DNA from: Agathobacter sp.
Lineage (GTDB): Bacteria > Bacillota_I > Bacilli_A > RF39 > UBA660
Direction of reading: 5' to 3'
NCBI GenBank assembly: GCA_963628465.1
Contig: CAVGEW010000040.1
Span: 4,539 to 68,538 of the forward strand
Length of the DNA: 64,000 bases
Shown here: positions 1 to 9,651 of the stretch, one piece after another
Layout: every line of letters begins with the position of its first letter
Numbering within the stretch: position 1 is the first letter of the stretch
Made by a program: the position numbers and the translations under genes
The notes under the pieces: model-generated
Told to the model about the DNA's origin: nothing
Seen by the model: only the letters and a program-made list of their open reading frames with translations
Databases searched by the model: none

Positions 1-2178
1 ATCTTCAGTATTACTACTAGGCACAAACACTACTTTGATATTTTTATTATATGCAGCAACCAACTTTTCCTTGAGTCCGCCAATTTTTAAAATATTTCCA
101 TTTAAAGAAACTTCCCCTGTAAAAGCATAATTACTTGGTATATTTTTATTTTCTTTAATACTACATAAACTAGCAGCAACCGCAAGTCCAGCAGATGGGC
201 CATCTTTTTTACTTGAAGCATCCAAGAAATGGATATGGATATCTTCATTATGAAAATTATACTTATATTTATTTCTAAGCATACTTATAACCACTTCAAT
301 ACTTTCTTTTAAAATATTTCCTGTATTACCCGTGATAGTTAATTTATTTGTTCCTTTACATGAGACAACCTCTAATTTAGAGATAGTTCCCCCATAGCTT
401 GATACCGCCAAAGTATTTACCGTACCAATTTCATTAACTAATTCCATATCTAACTTATACTTAGGGCTTCCAAGTAATTTAACTACTCTTTCTTCATTTA
501 GAATTTTAACATTATTAATAGTTATTTTCCTAGCTAAAGATGATAGTACTCTTTCTAAGTCTCTCACACCTGATTCCTGAGTATAATTATTTATTATAAA
601 ACATAATAATTCATCACTAAATTTTATCTTACTATCATATACCATGTTATCTAAAAGTATCTTAGGTAACATATAATTCTTGGCAATATCCTTCTTTTCA
701 ATAGAGGTATAACTACTTAAATTTATTACTTCTACCCTATCTAGTATAGCTGTTGGTATATCATTTACATTATTAGCTGTCAGAATAAAGAGAATACTAC
801 TTAAATCAAATGGCTCTTCGATATAGTTGTCAACAAAAAATTTATTTTGATTTGGATCTAATATTTCTAAGAGTGTTGCTGCAGGGTCACCTTTATAGTC
901 TTTAACCATTTTGTCTACTTCATCAATTAGAATAACTGGGTTATTACTTCCACACTTATATAGACCTTGGATAATTTTACCAGGGGCAGATGCTAGATAT
1001 GTTCTTCTTGTACCAATAAGTTCAGTTGAATCGTTTAAACCGCCGACACTTATTTTATAAAAGTCTCTGTTTAGTGCTTTAGCAATAGACATTGCAATCG
1101 TTGTTTTACCAACGCCCGGAGGACCCACAAGACAAATGATAGGGCTTGCAATATGTCTATTTAAATTTTTAATAGCTATATATTCACTAATTCTAGTTTT
1201 AATTTCAGCCATACCAAAGTGGGATTTATCAAGGGCTTTATAAACGGCATCAAAATTAGCATTTTCTTTCTTAGCTTTATTCCATGGCAAATTAATAATC
1301 CAATCTAAATAATTATGCATAACACTTATTTCCGGACTAGCTTCATTCATTATTTCGTATTTATCTATTTCATGATTTATATGATTTTTTATATTTTTAT
1401 CTATTTTTAATTTATCAAGGGCACTACGATACTCTAAGACTTCTTCACTTTTCCATGAATCTTCCCCAAGTTCCTTTTTTAAAACATTTAACTTTTCTTT
1501 TAAAATAAACTTTCTTTGATCATTTTGAAAAGACTCATCTACCTTTTCTTCAAGTTCATTGTCTATTTGAGCAAGCTTTATTTCTTCGTTCATATCCTTT
1601 ATTAAAGACTTAGCCCTTTTTATTGGATTAATCTCCTCCATATACTCTAGTTTTTTAACAATATTAAATGGTAAGAAAGATGTTATAGCATCAGTTATTT
1701 TATTTAAATCTTTATTATTTTCCACAAAGCTTATTATATCATTAGATACCCCTTTTGAAGTGTTTATATATTCTTTTAAAACTCCAAGAAGTTTTTTTAA
1801 AATAGCATTTTCTTCCTCAGGTATTAAAGAAGGTAAATCTATATACATAACTTCACTATATAGTACATCATTATTTACTTCTTGAAAATATTTATTAACA
1901 GCAACTCTTCTTAAACCACGAAGTTTTACCTCAATAACTCCATCATTATCAAGCTTATTCTTAATTTTGGCAATAACCCCAACTTGAGGTAAATCATCCA
2001 GCGTTGGTTCTTCTTCAAGAGAATCGGTAGGAGCAATAACAAGTATTTCCCCCTTAAAATTGGCACTGGCTTCATTTATAGCTTTGCCGCTTATGACATT
2101 ATTTAATTCAAGTTTTATTTCTTGATTAGGAAGTATAACTAAATTTTTAAGTAAAACAACTGGAATATTAAAAGACAT
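1..2178 (-). CDS. lon: ATP-dependent Lon protease (C-terminal end outside the window)
   Basis: Manual minus-strand translation from ATG at 2178-2176 (AGGAGG RBS upstream) gives a Lon N-domain, AAA+ Walker A 'GPPGVGKTT' and the protease catalytic 'DGPSAGLAV' motif. Not in the ORF track because it runs off the window start. Confidence 0.9.
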   Translation of the reverse strand, partial: MSFNIPVVLLKNLVILPNQEIKLELNNVISGKAINEASANFKGEILVIAPTDSLEEEPTLDDLPQVGVIAKIKNKLDNDGVIEVKLRGLRRVAVNKYFQEVNNDVLYSEVMYIDLPSLIPEEENAILKKLLGVLKEYINTSKGVSNDIISFVENNKDLNKITDAITSFLPFNIVKKLEYMEEINPIKRAKSLIKDMNEEIKLAQIDNELEEKVDESFQNDQRKFILKEKLNVLKKELGEDSWKSEEVLEYRSALDKLKIDKNIKNHINHEIDKYEIMNEASPEISVMHNYLDWIINLPWNKAKKENANFDAVYKALDKSHFGMAEIKTRISEYIAIKNLNRHIASPIICLVGPPGVGKTTIAMSIAKALNRDFYKISVGGLNDSTELIGTRRTYLASAPGKIIQGLYKCGSNNPVILIDEVDKMVKDYKGDPAATLLEILDPNQNKFFVDNYIEEPFDLSSILFILTANNVNDIPTAILDRVEVINLSSYTSIEKKDIAKNYMLPKILLDNMVYDSKIKFSDELLCFIINNYTQESGVRDLERVLSSLARKITINNVKILNEERVVKLLGSPKYKLDMELVNEIGTVNTLAVSSYGGTISKLEVVSCKGTNKLTITGNTGNILKESIEVVISMLRNKYKYNFHNEDIHIHFLDASSKKDGPSAGLAVAASLCSIKENKNIPSNYAFTGEVSLNGNILKIGGLKEKLVAAYNKNIKVVFVPSSNTED

Positions 2179-2266
2179 AGAGCACCTCCTAAAACTTAAA
2201 GTTTATTATAACCAACTAAAGGTTATTTGTAAAGTCTAAACACAAGATTTTTCTAAATTTCATAAA

Positions 2267-3079
2267 ATGTATAGAGGTGCGATTATGATTAATTGGTATA
2301 TAAATTTATATTATCCTTGGCAAGCTTTTATAGCAACCCTATTTACATGGGGAATAACATCTTTAGGTTCCGCAGTTGTTTTTTTATTTAAAAATGTTAA
2401 AAAGACTGCGATGGATGCGATGCTTGGATTATCCGCAGGTGTTATGCTGGCAGCAACCTTTTGGAGTCTACTTTCTCCGGCTTTAGAAATGGCCGAGGAA
2501 TTAAAACTTATCTCTTGGCAAATAGTTTCCCTAGGTATATTATCCGGAGGCTTACTTCTTTACGTTGGAGACAAAATATTTGCTAGAGTATCTCTTAAAG
2601 AAACAAATTCAAATAGCCTAAGAAGAAGTTTAATGTTAATATTTTCTATAACTCTTCATAATATTCCCGAAGGTATGGCAATTGGTGTCGCTTTTGCATC
2701 CGTTGCTTACCATTTAGAGGGAGCAACCCTTACATCCGCAGTAATGTTAGCAATAGGCATTGGAATTCAAAACTTTCCGGAAGGTTCTGCCGTCTCACTG
2801 CCTTTAAAAAGAGATGGAGCAAGTCCTAAAAAAGCTTTCTTATTCGGAGCATTAAGTGGGGTTGTAGAGCCTATTTCGGCAATAATCGGAGCTTTGCTTG
2901 TTATAAAAGTTCGAATTCTCTTACCTATATTACTTTCTTTTGCCGGTGGAGCTATGATATATGTTGTAATTGAAGAACTAATACCCGAGAGTCAATCTAA
3001 CGAAAAAAAAGACCTAATGGCCCTATTCACAATATTTGGTTTTATCATTATGATGATATTTGATGTAGCTTTAAAATAA
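2267..3079 (+). CDS. zupT: ZIP-family metal (zinc) transporter, ZupT-like
   Basis: Polytopic membrane protein with the repeated 'HNIPEGMAIGVAF' and 'QNFPEGSAVS' signatures typical of ZIP transporters. Confidence 0.8.
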   Translation: MYRGAIMINWYINLYYPWQAFIATLFTWGITSLGSAVVFLFKNVKKTAMDAMLGLSAGVMLAATFWSLLSPALEMAEELKLISWQIVSLGILSGGLLLYVGDKIFARVSLKETNSNSLRRSLMLIFSITLHNIPEGMAIGVAFASVAYHLEGATLTSAVMLAIGIGIQNFPEGSAVSLPLKRDGASPKKAFLFGALSGVVEPISAIIGALLVIKVRILLPILLSFAGGAMIYVVIEELIPESQSNEKKDLMALFTIFGFIIMMIFDVALK

Positions 3080-3095
3080 ATTTATCAATAGAAAA

Positions 3096-3140
3096 ACATC
3101 TAAATCAACGAAGTTAATTTAGATGTTTCCTTTTGTAAAC
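3096..3140. terminator. Bidirectional rho-independent terminator between zupT and the YtxH-like gene
   Basis: 11-bp stem 'aacatctaaat'/'atttagatgtt' with U-tracts on both strands. Confidence 0.5.
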
Positions 3141-3143
3141 AAA

Positions 3144-3569
3144 TTATTTAGCAGCTTTTTCTTCAGCTTCTAGTTTAGCAACTATTTTCTTTAGGGCATC
3201 AGCTGTAGCTGTTTTAAGTTCGCTAACACTTTTTTCTACTACTGGTGTTCCTTTTTCAACAGCTAATTTATATAATTCATCAGCTTTCTTTTGAATCTTA
3301 GTAGCTTTTTGTTTAGCAATTTTTAAAGCTTTTTCTTTATCTAAGTCTTTTAATTCTTTTTGAAGTTCATTTACTTTTTTAACAATGCTTTTCTTAACAT
3401 CTTCAGCTTTAATAGACTTAACTTGTTCTAAAACTTCATCAAATTTCTTCTTTAAATCCGCTCTTGTTTCCTTTCCTGTTTTAGGAGCAAATAGTAATCC
3501 TAATCCTGCTCCAATTGCTGCTCCAGCAACAAATTTTCCTAATCCATTTTTTTTCATATTATTCTTCAC
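3144..3569 (-). CDS. YtxH-like general-stress protein (N-terminal TM, coiled coil)
   Basis: 'GLGKFVAGAAIGAGLGLLFAPKTGKETRADL' N-terminus characteristic of the YtxH/DUF948-associated family. K/E-rich coiled coil. Confidence 0.55.
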   Translation of the reverse strand: MKNNMKKNGLGKFVAGAAIGAGLGLLFAPKTGKETRADLKKKFDEVLEQVKSIKAEDVKKSIVKKVNELQKELKDLDKEKALKIAKQKATKIQKKADELYKLAVEKGTPVVEKSVSELKTATADALKKIVAKLEAEEKAAK

Positions 3570-3846
3570 TATCTTCCTTTCTTTTTTTTCTAAATAATAT
3601 TTTACTAAATAAATTTCCAGTTACTTCTACAACTTTATCTGTAAAAGAAGCAATCTTATCAGTTGTAAAATCTATTATACTAAATATTGAGTTTAACGAT
3701 TCTACTTTTTCATTAACGTTATCTACTACTTTTTCTATCTTATCCATAGTTATTATAGTCTTAATTCCTAAAATTATTCCTATGGTTAATAAAGCTATAA
3801 GCAGCAAATAAATTATAATTGGTAAAAAATTTAACCAAAATTCCAC
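3559..3846 (-). CDS. DUF948-like small membrane protein
   Basis: Single N-terminal TM plus coiled coil. Overlaps the neighbouring start and stop in an operon-like arrangement. Confidence 0.5.
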   Translation of the reverse strand: MEFWLNFLPIIIYLLLIALLTIGIILGIKTIITMDKIEKVVDNVNEKVESLNSIFSIIDFTTDKIASFTDKVVEVTGNLFSKILFRKKRKEDSEE

Positions 3847-4745
3847 TAGACATCACCATCCTCTCGATTATCATACATAGAATCTATTAAATCAAATAAG
3901 TCATTTTCTAAAGTATCATCATCTTCCACTTTATCTTTTTCTGTTTTAACAGGTTCTGTTTTTTGAGTTAATTCTTCCAATTCTTCGTCAACTTTTTCAT
4001 AAACTTCAGGTTCATTTATGACTTCATCTAGAGAATCTAATTTATTTTTGACATCATCTCTTGTATCAATTATCATATCCGAAGTATCTTCCAAAAGTTC
4101 ATCAATGGTTTTTACCTTTTGTTTCTTTTCTTCTTCATCTTCTTTAAGTTTAACTGTAACAGTCTCTTCATAATAAGTGCTTACTGGTGCTTCTTTTTTC
4201 TTTTCCCCAAAAGCTTTGTTTCTAACAATGTCAATGTCAAGATTGTTTACATCACTAGATGAATCTTTTTGTTTAATATCTTCTGGTTTATAATCTTCGT
4301 TAAGTATCCCGTACACAGGGGAAATAATTGGTGATGGTTTAAACTTTTTCTTTTCGACTACTTCAGTTCTTTCAATTCTTTCATACTTACCTAAATCATA
4401 TTTCTTTTCAACTTTACGTTTCTTTTCATATTCTAAAACATTAGTCGTAGCTTTAGGTTTTTGAATTCTACTCATACTTGAAAATTCTTCTTCATCAAAA
4501 TCGGGGAATGAAAAGCTTTTGTCAGACTTAAATATTTCTCTCTCGCTTAATAATTCTGGCACTTCTTCCTTTTTAACAGGTTCTGCCTTAGGAAGCTCAG
4601 TAACAATATTTTCCTTCTTTTGAGGCTCTATTTTCTCAGCAATGGGCTTTTGAACTGACTTTACATCCTTTTTCTTCGCGCTTTCTGTTTCATCTTCCTC
4701 TATTTCATCAAATAATATCCCTTTAATTTTATTAAGTAATCCCAT
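3846..4745 (-). CDS. Highly acidic Glu/Lys-rich hypothetical protein
   Basis: 299-aa ORF with low-complexity E/K/D-rich composition. Co-directional and coupled with DUF948 and YtxH. Confidence 0.45.
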   Translation of the reverse strand: MGLLNKIKGILFDEIEEDETESAKKKDVKSVQKPIAEKIEPQKKENIVTELPKAEPVKKEEVPELLSEREIFKSDKSFSFPDFDEEEFSSMSRIQKPKATTNVLEYEKKRKVEKKYDLGKYERIERTEVVEKKKFKPSPIISPVYGILNEDYKPEDIKQKDSSSDVNNLDIDIVRNKAFGEKKKEAPVSTYYEETVTVKLKEDEEEKKQKVKTIDELLEDTSDMIIDTRDDVKNKLDSLDEVINEPEVYEKVDEELEELTQKTEPVKTEKDKVEDDDTLENDLFDLIDSMYDNREDGDV

Positions 4746-4758
4746 GATATCCGCCTTT

Positions 4759-5394
4759 CTAGTTAATCAAATCTGGGTCTGGAATTTTGTCATCTTCCTC
4801 GCTACTTGTGCTGCTATCTACGGTCAGATAATCACTTTCACTACCCTTGGTATTGAATATATTAAACTCAATCTCGCTAAAATTAAGGACATCTTCACCC
4901 ATCAAATTAGCAATTATACTATCATTATACTCAACACTTTTTAATATGTTTATAATAGATAACATAGTTTCATTTAAACTATTTTCATCTACTATCACTT
5001 CTATTTTAGCATAATTATACATAATTTCAACTAAATATTTATCATTTTTTAATAAATTTACTTCAACATAGCCAAATTTGTTGTCAAATTCAATCTTTTT
5101 TGATATTTTAGCATTATTATTTATCTCATATTCTTTAGTTACTTTTTTATAATAACTTACGATATCAACATATAAATAATACTTATATCTAGCGTCTGTG
5201 ATAGATTCATTATATAAAGAGCTATCAGATACTTGCATTCCTCTTGGAAGATAATAACTATAGCCTGTTCGATATATATTAGCTTTAGCTTTTCTTGTTG
5301 CAATATTATTTATAATATCATCATAACTTAAATCATTTATTTTAGTGCACCCTGTTATAAAGAACAAACACATTATAATTAATACTTTTTTCAT
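4759..5394 (-). CDS. Lipoprotein, hypothetical
   Basis: Signal peptide with lipobox 'FFITGC'. Confidence 0.6.
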   Translation of the reverse strand: MKKVLIIMCLFFITGCTKINDLSYDDIINNIATRKAKANIYRTGYSYYLPRGMQVSDSSLYNESITDARYKYYLYVDIVSYYKKVTKEYEINNNAKISKKIEFDNKFGYVEVNLLKNDKYLVEIMYNYAKIEVIVDENSLNETMLSIINILKSVEYNDSIIANLMGEDVLNFSEIEFNIFNTKGSESDYLTVDSSTSSEEDDKIPDPDLIN

Positions 5395-5465
5395 AGCTAA
5401 CCTCTATTTAATTATACCATGCTAATTTTAAGATGTAAATTAAAAATTGTATACTTATGTATAGA

Positions 5466-5510
5466 AAAAATCTTTAATTTCAGCGAAAATAAGCCAAATT
5501 AAAGATTTTT
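5466..5510. terminator. Perfect 15-bp-stem hairpin (bidirectional terminator-like) downstream of trmB
   Basis: 'aaaaatctttaattt' (15-nt loop) 'aaattaaagattttt'. U-tract on the minus strand (gaaaaaa on +) and TTTTTGTTT on the plus strand. Confidence 0.45.
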
Positions 5511-5692
5511 GTTTAAAAGATTTGTCGAAAATTGTCGAAAGTGTTGCAATCTATTTTTTTATGTGTATAATAACTCATTGTTACCCGCAAAAATAATATA
5601 TCTTTAACTTCTAACCGCACATAAGGGTAACAAACAAGGCTAATTATAACCAACCAATCGATACTTTACCCAAATATAATTAGCCTAGAATC

Positions 5693-6334
5693 TCAAAGTT
5701 TCTTTGAGATTTCTTTTTTTACATCAACATATTTTATTTTAATGCCCATATTAGAGAATCTTTCTTCATATTCAGTTTTAATGTTAGGTATATCCTCATT
5801 GTGTAAGTCATAGCTTATTTTATTTATAGTATATCCATACTTTTTATATTCATCTAGACTATAGGCAAATAAATCATCATTGTCAGTTTTTTGTATTATA
5901 TGAGCATTTTCTTTAAAGAATCTATCATATACTTTTAAATAATTACTTGATGTAAGTCTTCTTTTAGCGTGTCTATCCTTCGGCCATGGATCAGAAAAAT
6001 TAAGATATATAGTATCTATCTTATTATCAAGTAAATCTTCAATACTTGCTATATCACCAATTAATATTTTAAGATTACTAGGTTTATATTCATTTATCTT
6101 CTTAATAGCAACACTTGCAACACTACTAAATTTTTCAACCCCAATAAAGTTTATATCAGGGTTATTTAAAGCCATATTTAAAATAAACTGTCCTTTTCCC
6201 ATTCCTATTTCTAAACAAATTTTGTTATCATTATCAAAGACACCATCATAAAAGTAATCACAATTATTTATTAACTCATCTTTATCCTTTGGATTTCTCA
6301 TTCTCATTATTATCAACTTCCATTTCTTTATCAT
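5693..6334 (-). CDS. trmB: tRNA (guanine46-N7)-methyltransferase
   Basis: 'LEIGMGKGQF', 'NFSDPWPKDRHAKRRL' TrmB signatures. Confidence 0.85.
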   Translation of the reverse strand: MIKKWKLIIMRMRNPKDKDELINNCDYFYDGVFDNDNKICLEIGMGKGQFILNMALNNPDINFIGVEKFSSVASVAIKKINEYKPSNLKILIGDIASIEDLLDNKIDTIYLNFSDPWPKDRHAKRRLTSSNYLKVYDRFFKENAHIIQKTDNDDLFAYSLDEYKKYGYTINKISYDLHNEDIPNIKTEYEERFSNMGIKIKYVDVKKEISKKL

Positions 6335-6358
6335 ATAATAATTGTAAGGAGGCTACTT

Positions 6359-6652
6359 ATGAGAAAATCACGAAACTCGTTTTTTACAGAATCAAACATG
6401 AATTACTCTAATTTTCAGGCCCAAGGAGCAATGCCATATGGTAATAGTGCCAACTACAATTCCTTCTATCAAGGACAAATGCCTAATATAGGTATGCCAT
6501 ATGTAGATAATTCAGACTCTATTGAAAATAGAATTGCTAAAATTGAAAGACAAATAAATAGAATAAATGCAAGAATAAATAAACTAGAAAGCTTAAATAC
6601 AACGTTCTTAGATGATACAATAGATACATCTAACAATATGTATATGCTTTAA
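6359..6652 (+). CDS. Small hypothetical protein with C-terminal coiled coil
   Basis: Strong AGGAGG RBS 7 nt upstream of ATG. Q/N/Y-rich N-terminal half. Confidence 0.45.
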   Translation: MRKSRNSFFTESNMNYSNFQAQGAMPYGNSANYNSFYQGQMPNIGMPYVDNSDSIENRIAKIERQINRINARINKLESLNTTFLDDTIDTSNNMYML

Positions 6653-6829
6653 TTATAGATAATCATTGCACTAAAACAATATATCTGTTCTTCACCACAC
6701 ACGGCAATTGCCACTTGATACTTGATATCTATTATATCAAAATCTCCGGAATTTAGGAAGTTATTTATAGCACTTTCTAAATCTTTTTCATGTCCTTCAT
6801 CAATAACTTTAACTTTCATACATTAATCA
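6649..6829 (-). CDS. cse60: Sporulation protein Cse60-like (59 aa, below the ORF-track cutoff)
   Basis: Manual translation: MKVKVIDEGHEKDLESAINNFLNSGDFDIIDIKYQVAIAVCGEEQIYCFSAMIIYN. Matches the remembered Cse60 pattern (hydrophobic-D-E-HEKDLE...IDIKYQVA...IYC.SAMI). Confidence 0.55.
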
Positions 6830-6921
6830 CCAAAGTTATTATACAATAGCTATTTCAAAAAATTTGTTGGTTATTGTAATTATTAAAAAAATTGCAAGCT
6901 CTATTTGGGCTAAAAGTTAAT

Positions 6922-9006
6922 TTAAGAATTATGTACTTTCTTAGACTTAATATATTTATCAAGACCTCTAAAGCCATTTGATTGATAATCAAATTCTTTT
7001 ATAATAGAATAATCTTTTATATTATGTTTATCTAAATACCTTTTCATAGAATCTTCAGTTATAGTATTAAAACTTATTTTATCATGAATTCGACCTAATA
7101 ATTCTTTACTAAAAGTATTTTCATAGGTACTTTTACCTGGCATAAAACCTATTTTATAACTAGCTAAAGCATTACTAGTCGCAAATATATAAGTATTCTT
7201 AAAGTCTATTTTATCCCCCTTAGAATTAGTTACATAGCCTTCATCTAGGATTTGTAAAAATAAATTAATAACACTAGGATGAGCTTTTTCTAATTCATCA
7301 AGTAAGATGATAGAACAAGGATTCATTCTAACCTTATCAAAGATATTTTCATCATCATACCCTATGTATCCTGCACTTGAACCTATAAGTCTTGATATAG
7401 ATATACTTTCATTATATTCACTTAAATCAAGTCTAATTAGAGGAATAGATAAAAACGTAGCAATATCTTTAACTGTTTTAGTTTTACCAACTCCAGTTGG
7501 TCCTGATAAAAGAATTGATACTGGAGATAGTTCATCTTTTCTTTTTAAAGCATCTATTATACTAGTAATAGCGTCTTCTTGAGAAATTATATTATCTAGG
7601 AGATATTCTTTTAAACTGTCAAAATCAAAATTTAAAAGAGGTATATTATTCTTTCTTAAAAGGACTTCTTTTATATCAGAATCTAATAATTTGTTAGGCG
7701 TATTTTTTTTCTTATTTATTTTTTCCCTAAGTTTTATTTCCATACTTCGGTATTTTAAAGCTTCTTCAAAGTTATTATTTTTGACCATATTTTCTTTAGT
7801 CTTTATAATATTATTTAGTTTATCCTTTAACTTAGATATATCTTTTTCTCTAGGACACTTTACTTCCTTCATAGCACATACACTATCAAGTAAATCAATT
7901 GATTTATCTGGATTAAATCTATTTAAGATATATCTATCGGTAAGATTTACTATGCTTTTAATATTATTATCTGTTATTTTTATATTATAGTGTTTTTCAA
8001 AGGAAGGTTTTATTCTCGAAAGAATATATTCTGTTTCTTCCTTAGACGGTTCATTTATTTTAATTATTTCAAATCTTCTTGCTAAAGCTCTATCTTTAGC
8101 TATATATTTATTATATTCATTCGTAGTTGTTGCCCCGATTATTTTTACTTTGCCCCGAGCAAGGTATGGTTTTAAAATATCACTTGCATTAATAGCACCT
8201 TCAGCTCCGCCTGCACTGGCCATAGTATGGATTTCATCAATAAAAAGGATTATCTCAGGATTGTTTTCTATTTCTTTGATTACTTTGTTTAATTTTTCTT
8301 CAAACTCTCCGCGATACTTAGTACCTGCGATAAGTGCCGACATTTCTAAAGACACTATTTTTTTATCCTTTAGCTTACTTGGGACATTACCATTTTTGAT
8401 TCTTCGAGCTAATTCTTCGACAATAGCACTCTTACCCACTCCTGCAGGACCTATAAGCAAAGGATTATTCTTATTTTTGCGAAGTAATGTTTCTATAACA
8501 AGATTTAATTCTGCGTCTCTACCTACTAACAAATCATCACTATCTAATAAAGACATATCTTTGCCTATATTATATAATTCTAACTTCTTATTACTTTTTT
8601 TATAGCTTTTTCTTATATCATCATATAATTTATCTATGTCTATATCCATACTTAGAAGAATTCTGATAGCTATACCTTCCCCTTCATCAAGAATAGCAAT
8701 TAATAAATCCATAGGTTCTAAAGTCATATTCCTAGTTATTTCACTAGCTTCTTTAATAACTCTTTTAAGTAAAGGAGTATATATACCGCAGTAAACATCA
8801 TTATTAGAAACCACTGAAAGAAGTTCATCTAAAAAATTATCATAAGAAAGACCATATTCTAATAAAATATTTCTAATTTTATCATTATTTTGTATTAAAC
8901 TAAGAAATAAATGTTCTGTTCCTACATAAGGATGATTTAACTCCATAGCTATTTTCTCAGCCTTTTTAAATACCTTCTTAACTTCTAAACTATAATTATT
9001 ATTCAT
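6922..9006 (-). CDS. clpC: Clp-type double-AAA+ ATPase (ClpC-like, short form)
   Basis: Clp_N-like N-terminus. AAA1 'LIGPAGVGKSAIVEELARRI', UVR-like coiled coil, AAA2 'LLSGPTGVGKTKTVKDIA'. Confidence 0.75.
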   Translation of the reverse strand: MNNNYSLEVKKVFKKAEKIAMELNHPYVGTEHLFLSLIQNNDKIRNILLEYGLSYDNFLDELLSVVSNNDVYCGIYTPLLKRVIKEASEITRNMTLEPMDLLIAILDEGEGIAIRILLSMDIDIDKLYDDIRKSYKKSNKKLELYNIGKDMSLLDSDDLLVGRDAELNLVIETLLRKNKNNPLLIGPAGVGKSAIVEELARRIKNGNVPSKLKDKKIVSLEMSALIAGTKYRGEFEEKLNKVIKEIENNPEIILFIDEIHTMASAGGAEGAINASDILKPYLARGKVKIIGATTTNEYNKYIAKDRALARRFEIIKINEPSKEETEYILSRIKPSFEKHYNIKITDNNIKSIVNLTDRYILNRFNPDKSIDLLDSVCAMKEVKCPREKDISKLKDKLNNIIKTKENMVKNNNFEEALKYRSMEIKLREKINKKKNTPNKLLDSDIKEVLLRKNNIPLLNFDFDSLKEYLLDNIISQEDAITSIIDALKRKDELSPVSILLSGPTGVGKTKTVKDIATFLSIPLIRLDLSEYNESISISRLIGSSAGYIGYDDENIFDKVRMNPCSIILLDELEKAHPSVINLFLQILDEGYVTNSKGDKIDFKNTYIFATSNALASYKIGFMPGKSTYENTFSKELLGRIHDKISFNTITEDSMKRYLDKHNIKDYSIIKEFDYQSNGFRGLDKYIKSKKVHNS

Positions 9007-9051
9007 AGAATCCTCCTTATTAATTCTATGTAAGTTATGGAAAATATTTAA

Positions 9052-9651
9052 TTATTTTATACAATTAAAAGGACATTTACTACATAATGGATTCTTAGCT
9101 TTACAAGTATATCTACCTAAAAGTACTAATTGATTATGAACCCTATTCCAAGTATCCTTAGGAAAAAACTTCATTAAATCTTGTTCTATTTCCAAGACTT
9201 CACTACTTTTAGATAGACCTATTCTATTTGCAACTCTTGCTACATGGGTATCTACGGCAATTGCTGGCACATTAAAAATATTAGATAAAACTACATTACA
9301 TGTCTTTCTACCTACGCCAGGTAAACTTTCTAGATATTCTCTATTACAGGGAACTACTCCGTTATAATCTTCAACTAATCTATTAGCTACTTCTTTTATA
9401 TATATAGCTTTTCTTTTGTAGGTACCTACTGGATATATAATACTTTCAATAGTGTTTAAATCAGCTTTAGCTAAAGAAAATATATCATATTTAGAAAATA
9501 AAACTTTAGTTACTTCATTTACTCTTTTATCCGTGGTTTGAGCAGATAAAACCGTAGCTATTAAAAGTTCATAGTCTTTATTAAAGGTAAGTTCACAAAC
9601 AGGATTTGGTACAATAATATCTAATTTTTTTAATACAGCATTACTTTTCAT
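9052..9651 (-). CDS. nth: Endonuclease III (DNA glycosylase/AP lyase)
   Basis: HhH-GPD 'LPGVGRKTCNVVL' and C-terminal 4Fe-4S Cys cluster 'CKAKNPLCSKCPFNC'. Confidence 0.9.
   Translation of the reverse strand: MKSNAVLKKLDIIVPNPVCELTFNKDYELLIATVLSAQTTDKRVNEVTKVLFSKYDIFSLAKADLNTIESIIYPVGTYKRKAIYIKEVANRLVEDYNGVVPCNREYLESLPGVGRKTCNVVLSNIFNVPAIAVDTHVARVANRIGLSKSSEVLEIEQDLMKFFPKDTWNRVHNQLVLLGRYTCKAKNPLCSKCPFNCIK

Noticed and set aside
3385-3811. Plus-strand ORFs 3385-3597 and 3515-3811 from the track
   Set aside because: They lie antisense within the YtxH-like and DUF948 genes. Their low-complexity F/L/S-rich translation is typical of AT-rich shadow frames. No RBS.
5689-5720. Hairpin+T7 as the trmB terminator
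   Set aside because: The U-tract is on the + strand and the structure lies inside the trmB coding 3' end. It cannot terminate minus-strand trmB transcription. It was reinterpreted as the terminator of a + strand antisense unit.
7307-8605. Three plus-strand ORFs inside the clpC-like gene (7307-7582, 7691-7990, 8150-8605)
   Set aside because: Antisense shadows of a well-supported AAA+ gene with compositionally biased translations.
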